Positions 39,174 to 46,541 of a stretch of DNA of 53,217 nt are shown here, one piece after another. The stretch is from assembly GCA_036165075.1 (NCBI GenBank), contig JAYZIW010000025.1:1-53217 (forward strand), read 5' to 3'. The notes under the pieces were generated by a model. It did no database searches. It was not told the DNA's origin and saw only the letters and a list, made by a program, of their open reading frames with translations. Within the stretch, counting starts at the first letter, position 1; the number at the start of each line of letters is the position of its first letter. This DNA comes from Fidelibacterota bacterium (lineage in GTDB: Bacteria > Fidelibacterota > Marinisomatia > Marinisomatales > Marinisomataceae). A program made the position numbers and the translations under genes.

Positions 39174-39548
39174 TTATTCATTATCTAACGGCTTCCAAGC
39201 TAGCATTCCACCATCAATATTGATAGCATTAAAGTTGTTTTCTCTTAAGATATCCTTACCAAAATTAGATCTGTTTCCACTGCGGCAAACAACATATATA
39301 TCTTTACTTTTTACTTCATTGAGTTCATTAATTCTTAAAGATAGCTCATCAATAGGAATTAGAATTGCTCCTTTAATATGCCCTAAAGGTCCATGGAATT
39401 CTTCCTCTGTTCTCACATCTAATACAACTGTATTGCTATCAAGAATGTTTGACTGAAATTCTTCCATTGATACCACATCTATATTATTTTTACTGCACAT
39501 AGTTATCGAAAAAATAACTATAAAAATTGAAAATAAATATTTAATCAT
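39174..39548 (-). CDS. Rhodanese-domain sulfurtransferase, probably a lipoprotein
   Basis: 124 aa. Lipobox-like FSITMC and active-site loop CRSGNRS. Confidence 0.8.
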   Translation of the reverse strand: MIKYLFSIFIVIFSITMCSKNNIDVVSMEEFQSNILDSNTVVLDVRTEEEFHGPLGHIKGAILIPIDELSLRINELNEVKSKDIYVVCRSGNRSNFGKDILRENNFNAINIDGGMLAWKPLDNE

Positions 39549-39639
39549 TCTTCTTCCTTATATATCGTTTTATTGTAAGAAAATTAAAAAATGTTCCAAG
39601 AACAACAAAAACTATCATTAAGATAATTGTCAATCTCAT
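39541..39639 (-). CDS. Unannotated 32-aa single-TM micro-protein (MRLTIILMIVFVVLGTFFNFLTIKRYIRKKND)
   Basis: Found by my own translation; it is below the track size cutoff. Its ATG (39639..39637) overlaps the TGA of the upstream hydroxylase gene as ATGA. Its TAA (39543..39541) lies just inside the rhodanese gene, 3 nt past that gene's ATG. A 21-aa hydrophobic stretch is followed by KRYIRKK. Confidence 0.45.
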   Translation of the reverse strand: MRLTIILMIVFVVLGTFFNFLTIKRYIRKKND

Positions 39640-40343
39640 GATTTTTTAATCTCTGTACCAAAAACTTTATCCCAAATGGTAAATGTTGAAGCATAATTTC
39701 CTTTATTTTTTGAATGATGAAGATCATGGTGTTCTGTGGTGCCATAAAAAGGGATCGCAGATACAATTTTTGAAGATTTTATGCCAGAATGAATGTCTAA
39801 TTCATGTAAATTTCTTAAGGCCATCATAGCCCATAATGCATACGCATTTATCTCAGGAAAAAATATTGCAATCACTGCCAATCCAATAAAAGGACCTATA
39901 GCTCCAAAAAACCACTCAAGAGGATGAGTAAAAATATATTCCATTGGAATAGGCATTGTAGATCTGTGATGAGTTATATGAATTTTTTTATACAAAAACT
40001 TTGTATGCAATGCTGCATGATATAGATAAAAATATAAATCATCTATCAAAAAAATAAGAGTTAGTTGAAATAGAAATAATCCAATATTTGGTCTAGAAAA
40101 ATCTAATATATCGTAGAATAAATATACTCCAATTGCTCCGACCGATAGCAATATAAAAATATTAAAAAGAATTAACGGAAATCTACTATAAAATCGTCTA
40201 GCAAAATACTCTTTGGGTTGTATTCGATAATCATTTATAAGATTAGTATGAAGAATTAAAGCTGTATATATATATCCTATCAAATTGGTAGAAAATAATA
40301 TAATTATTGTAATTAAAACTGCCTGATTAATTCCTATATCCAT
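39636..40343 (-). CDS. Fatty acid hydroxylase / sterol desaturase superfamily di-iron membrane enzyme
   Basis: 235 aa. Three His boxes: YHAALH, HITHHRS, HHDLHHSK. Confidence 0.8.
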   Translation of the reverse strand: MDIGINQAVLITIIILFSTNLIGYIYTALILHTNLINDYRIQPKEYFARRFYSRFPLILFNIFILLSVGAIGVYLFYDILDFSRPNIGLFLFQLTLIFLIDDLYFYLYHAALHTKFLYKKIHITHHRSTMPIPMEYIFTHPLEWFFGAIGPFIGLAVIAIFFPEINAYALWAMMALRNLHELDIHSGIKSSKIVSAIPFYGTTEHHDLHHSKNKGNYASTFTIWDKVFGTEIKKS

Positions 40344-40392
40344 AAAAAAAGTTTCCGCTCTTCCCCTCTTTTTTTATCATACTTTAACCAAT

Positions 40393-40986
40393 TTAGGGTG
40401 CTAACCAACAAACTGAAACATTTTTTCCTTTAAAATCAAATCTACATCTTGAATGTCCACTATATTTTAAGCTCAGATAGTCAATGCAAGAAAATTGACA
40501 TCGAACAATGACAAAGTTTTTAAAACCTTCTTCAGTTTGTTCTATCTTTGGATCCCCAAATCGAAATGCATCTGGGATATTAGGATGATTCTCCTTTATA
40601 ACACTAGAAGGATCATATGGTCCTAGATAACATCTACGAGAAGAGTTAGATATTCCTTTCCATCTTTTCTTTGTAGATGCATCTTTATGTAATATCTGAA
40701 CTGTTCCAGAAAAACGTAATTGTACTTTTTTATCTGGATTGTAGAATAATGCAGAAAAATTAGGATTTGTTTTTAATTCACTGATCTTCGGGCTTCTAAT
40801 ATCTGAATGAAACTCAAAAATTTTCTTTGATATGGAGAAATGTCTCAAGACTACTGTTCTTATATGTGGAATATTTTCTGATGAATTTCCAATAACAAAT
40901 AGATGAAATGGATTTTTATAGTCAGATACAGCTGAGCTCATCTCGCCATCAATAAAATCATATATCTCAGTAAATTCTTTATTCAT
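40393..40986 (-). CDS. Pyridoxamine 5'-phosphate oxidase-like FMN-binding family protein
   Basis: 197 aa. Split-barrel-like pattern (PHIRTVVLRHF...FHSDIRSPKISEL...ALFYNPDKKVQLRFSGTV). Confidence 0.5.
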   Translation of the reverse strand: MNKEFTEIYDFIDGEMSSAVSDYKNPFHLFVIGNSSENIPHIRTVVLRHFSISKKIFEFHSDIRSPKISELKTNPNFSALFYNPDKKVQLRFSGTVQILHKDASTKKRWKGISNSSRRCYLGPYDPSSVIKENHPNIPDAFRFGDPKIEQTEEGFKNFVIVRCQFSCIDYLSLKYSGHSRCRFDFKGKNVSVCWLAP

Positions 40987-42150
40987 CTATTCAAATAAAT
41001 CACTTACTCTGTTTTTAATGATTGCTTGATTTGCCATAATTGCAAGAGAATTTACAGCAATATTTAACATACTAAACCTTTTATCCTTGGTATATCCTTT
41101 GTGATATCTATAATAAATCTGCTGAGCAATAATTGCGATCTTAAACAAACCAAATGCATAGTAAAATACTGGATTATCGATGGATTTACCTGATTTCTTC
41201 TCATACATAGTTAGAATATCTTGCCTGCATGGATTGCCATTTAATGTTGTAGGGCTTAGCTGAAATAACTTTAACTCGTCTGCATCATTTCTATCTACCC
41301 AATAACCTAACGTAGTTCCTAAATCCATTAAAGGATCACCTAAAGTGGACATTTCCCAATCTAAAACTGAAACCACTTTGGTTGGATCATTTATATCGAG
41401 CACAGCATTATCATATTTAAAATCGTTATGGATAATCGCTTTTCCTGATTCTTTAGGTTGGTTTTCATCTAACCATTTTGCAACAAACTCCATTTCTGGA
41501 ATCTCGTCTGTTTTTGCATGAAAATATCGTTCTGTCCATCCTGAAACCTGTCTTGATACATAGCCATCTATCTTTCCAAAATCATTTAAGTTACTTTTAT
41601 TTATATCTACTTTATGCAAGCCAACTAATGTATCAATAAGTGAATCTGCAATTTTTGATATGGTATCAGCATCTGGTGCATTTTCTTGTAATAGATTTGG
41701 TCTTAAAATATACCCCTTTACACAGTCCATAATATAAAATGGTGCTCCAATAATAGACTTATCTTCTGTGTAGAGATGAACGTCTGGTACCTTCTTAAAT
41801 TCAGTCTTTAACTTGCTTAAAACTCTATATTCTCGAGACATATCATGTCCACCTTTTAAGCTATCGGCCCCAAAAGGAGGTCTTCTTAATACATATTCTT
41901 TTGTATCTGTCTTCAAAAAATAAGTTAGATTAGAATAACCACTTGGAAATTGCTTAATAGACAAGTGTTTAGTATTGAAATTATGAGAATTCAAATAGTC
42001 TTTTAGAGCATCTAAAGGAAGATCTTCCCCATCACGAATTTCTTTTGGTTTATCAATAGAGAAAGAAACATGATTCTTTTTTTTAAAAAATTTAGATAAA
42101 AATAGATATAGCTTCAGTTTTAATGGGATTCTAAGATTTACCTTAGTCAT
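40987..42150 (-). CDS. Phosphotransferase (APH/choline-kinase-like) family kinase, ACAD10/11 N-domain / LvaA-like
   Basis: 387 aa. Catalytic loop IIHNDFKYDN and LDWEMSTLGDPLMDL. It lies directly (2-nt gap) downstream of an acyl-CoA dehydrogenase gene. Confidence 0.8.
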   Translation of the reverse strand: MTKVNLRIPLKLKLYLFLSKFFKKKNHVSFSIDKPKEIRDGEDLPLDALKDYLNSHNFNTKHLSIKQFPSGYSNLTYFLKTDTKEYVLRRPPFGADSLKGGHDMSREYRVLSKLKTEFKKVPDVHLYTEDKSIIGAPFYIMDCVKGYILRPNLLQENAPDADTISKIADSLIDTLVGLHKVDINKSNLNDFGKIDGYVSRQVSGWTERYFHAKTDEIPEMEFVAKWLDENQPKESGKAIIHNDFKYDNAVLDINDPTKVVSVLDWEMSTLGDPLMDLGTTLGYWVDRNDADELKLFQLSPTTLNGNPCRQDILTMYEKKSGKSIDNPVFYYAFGLFKIAIIAQQIYYRYHKGYTKDKRFSMLNIAVNSLAIMANQAIIKNRVSDLFE

Positions 42151-42152
42151 AT

Positions 42153-43349
42153 TTATTTTGAGTATTTCTTTAGAATCTCTCTAGCTACCCTAGACCTATG
42201 CACTTCATCTGCTCCATCATAAATTCTTGCAGATCTCTCATGTCTAAACAATGATGCCAATAGGATATCGTCTGTCATTCCAAGCGCTCCATGCACCTGA
42301 ACCGCACGATCCAATACGTTTTGTAATACTTGAGCTACAAAAAACTTTATAGTTGAAATCTCAACTTTAGCTGCCTCAGCGCCTTCTGCATCAATTTTAT
42401 TCGCCGCATCCAATACCATCAATCGAGAAGCATTAATTTCCGCACGAGAATCAGCAATCCAATTTTGAATAGTTTGTTTAGTAGCTAGTGACTTTCCTGG
42501 TGCTATTTCACGACTTACTGCTCTTTCACACATCATATCGAATGCACGCTCACACTCACCTATCCAACGCATGCAATGGTGGATTCTTCCAGGCCCTAGT
42601 CTATCTTGTGCAATTTTAAATCCTGCACCAGGTGTACCCAATAAATTCTCTTCAGGAACTGTACAGTTTTCATAACGAATTTCAGCATGAGCATTCCACC
42701 CATCTCCTTCATCACCCATTACAGAAATATTTCTAATAAAATTAAATCCTTCCGTATCTGTTGGAACAATAATCTGACTTGCTCGAAGATATGGATTAGG
42801 ATTATCTGGATCTGTCATAACCATTGCAATTGCAAAACTTGCTCCTTCTGCCGATGACGTAAACCATTTGTGTCCATTAATTACATAATTAGATCCTTCT
42901 TTCTTAGCAGTTGTACCCATCATCAAAGGATTAGAACCTGCAAATTCTGGTTCTGTCATAGAAAAACAACTTCTAATTTTTCCATCGATAAGAGGTTGTA
43001 AAAATGTTTCTTTTTGATAATCTGTTCCATGATCCATTAGGATTTCCATATTTCCTGCATCTGGCGCTTGACAATTAAAAACGTATAGGCCATAAAAAGT
43101 ACTTCCTAGAATTTCATAGATTTGCCCTAGTTGATGTAAACTTAAACCTAAACCACCATACTCTTTAGGTATTTGAGGAGTAAATAAACCCATTTCTCTC
43201 ACTTTATTTCTTTTTTCCTCGAGATAAGGTAGATGATCTGCAAATGTATGCTTACCCTGAAATTGTTTTTCGTTAGAAGCCAATTCTTCTTGAACAAAGT
43301 TTGCTATTTTCTTTTTGATATCTTGGAAATCTTTATCTGATACAGCCAT
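42153..43349 (-). CDS. Acyl-CoA dehydrogenase family protein (ACAD10/11 / FadE-like)
   Basis: 398 aa. FSMTEPEFAGSNP, GHKWFTS, C-terminal IYDGADEVH. Confidence 0.88.
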   Translation of the reverse strand: MAVSDKDFQDIKKKIANFVQEELASNEKQFQGKHTFADHLPYLEEKRNKVREMGLFTPQIPKEYGGLGLSLHQLGQIYEILGSTFYGLYVFNCQAPDAGNMEILMDHGTDYQKETFLQPLIDGKIRSCFSMTEPEFAGSNPLMMGTTAKKEGSNYVINGHKWFTSSAEGASFAIAMVMTDPDNPNPYLRASQIIVPTDTEGFNFIRNISVMGDEGDGWNAHAEIRYENCTVPEENLLGTPGAGFKIAQDRLGPGRIHHCMRWIGECERAFDMMCERAVSREIAPGKSLATKQTIQNWIADSRAEINASRLMVLDAANKIDAEGAEAAKVEISTIKFFVAQVLQNVLDRAVQVHGALGMTDDILLASLFRHERSARIYDGADEVHRSRVAREILKKYSK

Positions 43350-43357
43350 ATTTTCCT

Positions 43358-44059
43358 CTAAATAAATGTTTCTAGTTCTTGAGCTATTAAACTACTATTA
43401 AAAGCTTTCAAAGTAAATCTTTCAGTTGTTACTACAAATTCTGATATGGAGACATTCTTAAGGCCAAAATTAAGTTTCATGATCTCCTCTTGTGAACAAT
43501 TAGTTGCCTCTGCGTAAAATCCTGAAATCGCGCCTCCTGATGTCACAACCATGATATCAGACTTATCTGTCATTTCATCTTGGATTGTCTTTAAAGTATT
43601 TGCTATACGAGCACGAAATACGGAAAATCCTTCAAAATTATGTTCACTTAAATCTAGTTCTTCATTCATCCATTTTTTTGCAACAATATGAAAAAGTTTT
43701 AGAAATTTATCATGTCTATCTTCCTTAGGAATTGTATGAAAAATTTCATTTGTAGTTTTATTGCTATTTAAGATTTGAGGAATAAAATGTTGTGCAATTT
43801 CCATTAATTGATTTTCAGCAAATCTCTCATCAATAAAAGGATCTGGAAGATCTGCAAATTTATATCCCTTTTTAATACCTTCAAATGTTTGGATATGTCT
43901 TCTGTGTGGACCAACAATAACATAGTCAAACTTAGATTCTTTTTGAGAAAGTGCTTTACCAAGCGCAACAGATTGTTCAATTCCTTTTGGGCTAAGATTG
44001 TCATAGTCATCTGCCCCAAATGATGCTTGTCCATGACGTATTAAATGCAATATACTCAA
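43358..44059 (-). CDS. Histidine phosphatase family protein (phosphoglycerate-mutase-like)
   Basis: 233 aa, TTG start. LIRHGQASF (RHG motif) and a downstream GPHRRHIQT. Confidence 0.75.
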   Translation of the reverse strand: MSILHLIRHGQASFGADDYDNLSPKGIEQSVALGKALSQKESKFDYVIVGPHRRHIQTFEGIKKGYKFADLPDPFIDERFAENQLMEIAQHFIPQILNSNKTTNEIFHTIPKEDRHDKFLKLFHIVAKKWMNEELDLSEHNFEGFSVFRARIANTLKTIQDEMTDKSDIMVVTSGGAISGFYAEATNCSQEEIMKLNFGLKNVSISEFVVTTERFTLKAFNSSLIAQELETFI

Positions 44060-44074
44060 CTGTGCTACTCCTTT

Positions 44075-44530
44075 TTATTCGTAAACAAGAAATACTTGCT
44101 CAGCTACACATGCAGGTTTTTCGCTGCCTTTTAGTTCAACAGTCACTGAAACTGTCAACTGTGCACCATTTTTTATCTTTTTGAATTCTTTTAGCACTAC
44201 ACGCCCCCTTACATAACTACCCACAGGAACAGGTGCGGTAAATCTGACACGATTTAGTCCATAATTAACGCCCATTTTAGCTGACGCAACTGAATAGGTC
44301 TTCTCTAGTATCTTAGGCAATAAAGATAGAACGAGAAATCCATGTGCAATCGTTGTTTTGAATGGTGAGCCTAGTTTTGCTTTCAAAGGTCGCATGTGAA
44401 TCCATTGACGATCTCCTGTAAACAGACCAAAACCCCATATCTGAAATTGAGTTATTCTCTGCCACTTACTAAGACCAAGCTCTTGACCGACTAATGCCTG
44501 AGCTTCGCTGAGATTTTTTAAGACTTTCAC
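44075..44530 (-). CDS. MaoC-like (R)-specific enoyl-CoA hydratase/dehydratase
   Basis: 151 aa, GTG start. FTGDRQWIHMRP...FKTTIAHGFLVLSL hotdog motif. Confidence 0.75.
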   Translation of the reverse strand: MKVLKNLSEAQALVGQELGLSKWQRITQFQIWGFGLFTGDRQWIHMRPLKAKLGSPFKTTIAHGFLVLSLLPKILEKTYSVASAKMGVNYGLNRVRFTAPVPVGSYVRGRVVLKEFKKIKNGAQLTVSVTVELKGSEKPACVAEQVFLVYE

Positions 44531-44557
44531 CTGAGAAAATTAAGAGTTCAAATCAAA

Positions 44558-45901
44558 TCAAACAATAGCAAACTTTTTTAGATAAAAGCGCATCCAGAAG
44601 AAAGAAACGGTAGCAGCAACTAAAATTGCAAATGCCTGGGCATACCAAACCCATTCAATTGGCTTGCCAGTGATATAAAAATAATAAGATAGGGGTGCAG
44701 TTAAGATTAATACACGAGTAACAGTTGTTACTAATAAAGGCATCCCCTCACCTAATGCTTGACATATTCTTGAACAAATAACACTGATTCCTACAGCAGG
44801 ATATGCTAAAATAATAATACGCAAATAAGTAACCCCTATGTCTAAAACTTGCTTATTATCGCTAAACCAAGGAAGTATCATTTCTGCTGATATAAACAAC
44901 ACCATTACACTGAATGTTGTAATGTATACTGCGCGTGATATACCATATTTGATAATCCATATTAATTTTTTGTACTCTTTTGCACCAAAGAACATTCCTA
45001 CCATCGTTGTTAAGCTAATTCCAATGCCTAATATTGGCATAAAAAGAAGCATATCTATTCTCGATACTATCTGGTATGCTGCGACAGCCTCTGAAGAATA
45101 ATTAATTAAGATTGCATTCATAACAGCTTGTCCGAAAGACATAATCAACATTGCTGCAGATGAAGGAATACCAATCTTAAAAATGGTCTTTAAAATAGAA
45201 GGTGTATACTGAAAATCCCTAATATTAAAGGTGATATAGGTAGATTTTCTAATAAAAATGATAAATAAATAGCTCACAAGCATCACTGCCTGACTAATAA
45301 CAGTAGCCAAAGCAGCTCCCTTTACGCCATAAGCAAGGACAAATATAAATATTGGATCTAAAATAAGATTTAACAAGGTCCCAATAAGACCAATAATCAT
45401 AGGTAATCTTGTTTCTCCTTCTCCAGCTAAGATAGCACGAAAGAATAAGGAAAATACAACTAATCCTATACCATATAAGAGCACTTTTAAGTATGTATAT
45501 GCAATATCTAATATCTCACCAGAAGCTCCTAACAATACCAAAAGTTCTTCTCCAAAGAAAATACCTAAAATAGATAGAGTTAGCGTAATTCCAATACCAA
45601 GCAAAATGGTGTGTTCTGCGCAGTTATCTGCATTTTTTTTATCTTTTTTCCCTATAAATTGTGCAATAGAAGCTGTCACGCCTGCACCAAGCCCTACCGT
45701 CAGACCTATAATAATAAAAAATAGAGGGCTAACAAATGCTACAGCTGTGACTTCTTTAGCGCCAAGCCAGCCAATAAACATGATATCGACTACATTAAAA
45801 AGAGTTTGAACCATCATCCCAGCAATAATGGGCACAGCCATTGTCCATAATGATCTTGAAGGATTAGAAAGAAATGCCTGTAAACGAGATTGATTTTCCA
45901 T
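44558..45901 (-). CDS. MATE family efflux transporter
   Basis: 447 aa, 12 TM segments. N-terminal LWTMAVPIIAGMMVQTLFNVVDIMFIG. Confidence 0.88.
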   Translation of the reverse strand: MENQSRLQAFLSNPSRSLWTMAVPIIAGMMVQTLFNVVDIMFIGWLGAKEVTAVAFVSPLFFIIIGLTVGLGAGVTASIAQFIGKKDKKNADNCAEHTILLGIGITLTLSILGIFFGEELLVLLGASGEILDIAYTYLKVLLYGIGLVVFSLFFRAILAGEGETRLPMIIGLIGTLLNLILDPIFIFVLAYGVKGAALATVISQAVMLVSYLFIIFIRKSTYITFNIRDFQYTPSILKTIFKIGIPSSAAMLIMSFGQAVMNAILINYSSEAVAAYQIVSRIDMLLFMPILGIGISLTTMVGMFFGAKEYKKLIWIIKYGISRAVYITTFSVMVLFISAEMILPWFSDNKQVLDIGVTYLRIIILAYPAVGISVICSRICQALGEGMPLLVTTVTRVLILTAPLSYYFYITGKPIEWVWYAQAFAILVAATVSFFWMRFYLKKFAIV

Positions 45902-45910
45902 ATTTATTGA

Positions 45911-46402
45911 TTAATTAAACAGAGATAAATACTCTGAATACCCCTCTTTTTTCATATCGGCCAATGGTACAAATCTAAGAGAGGCTGAATTAATACAATA
46001 ACGAAGTCCTGTTGGGTTAGGTCCGTCATTAAAAACATGACCTAGATGAGAATCACTTTCCTTCCCTTTGACTTCTGTTCGAGGAAGAATTAATTCATAA
46101 TCCTGTTTAAATGTTAAACTTTCCTTGTCAATTGGTTGATAAAAAGAAGGCCAACCTGAATTAGAGTCATATTTATGAATAGAAGCAAATAAAGCTTTAC
46201 CAGAGATAATATCGACATAGATTCCTGGCTCTTTATTGTCCCAGTATTCATTATCAAATGCAGGTTCTGTTCCACAAGCTTGTGTAACGTAATATTGCAT
46301 GTCAGTTAGCTTTTCTTTGTTTTTTTCCATAATCTCTTCCGTAGTTTGCGCACTTAATAGACTAAAAATAGCCATTATTGGTATCATTTTGACATATTTC
46401 AT
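45911..46402 (-). CDS. msrB: Peptide-methionine (R)-S-oxide reductase MsrB, exported, zinc-less form
   Basis: [24 protein letters not shown]. The track start (46411) is TTG. ATG 46402 gives [19 protein letters not shown], a clean signal peptide. Confidence 0.85.
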   Translation of the reverse strand: MKYVKMIPIMAIFSLLSAQTTEEIMEKNKEKLTDMQYYVTQACGTEPAFDNEYWDNKEPGIYVDIISGKALFASIHKYDSNSGWPSFYQPIDKESLTFKQDYELILPRTEVKGKESDSHLGHVFNDGPNPTGLRYCINSASLRFVPLADMKKEGYSEYLSLFN

Positions 46403-46487
46403 CGCAAACAAGTTACAAACAAAGATAGGATTTTTTATTTGGTTTTTTTCAATTCATGTATTACCTTGAAAACAATTGATAAATTAT

Positions 46488-46504
46488 AGGGCGTTTTGCG
46501 CCCT
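46488..46504 (+). promoter_or_regulatory. GC-rich stem-loop (AGGGCG-TTTTG-CGCCCT) in the leader of the TonB-dependent receptor gene
   Basis: A 6-bp perfect stem with 5 G:C pairs sits in an otherwise AT-rich 130-nt intergenic region, 37 nt upstream of ATG 46542. No U-tract follows on either strand. Confidence 0.3.
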
Positions 46505-46541
46505 GTAATAACTAACTGATAATAAAAAAGAGGTATAAAGA

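Noticed and set aside
39584-39766. 60-aa track ORF spanning the hydroxylase/rhodanese junction
   Set aside because: It overlaps the 3' end of the His-box hydroxylase gene out of frame and has no coherent sequence features. The 32-aa ORF in another frame (39541..39639), with coupled start and stop and a clean TM helix, explains the gap better.
46412-46541. Fur box or cobalamin riboswitch upstream of the TonB-dependent receptor
   Set aside because: The best Fur-box-like stretch (acaattgataaattatagg) matches only about 9 of 19 consensus positions, which is unremarkable in AT-rich DNA. The whole intergenic region is 130 nt, too short for a cobalamin riboswitch, and I see no B12-box-like core.
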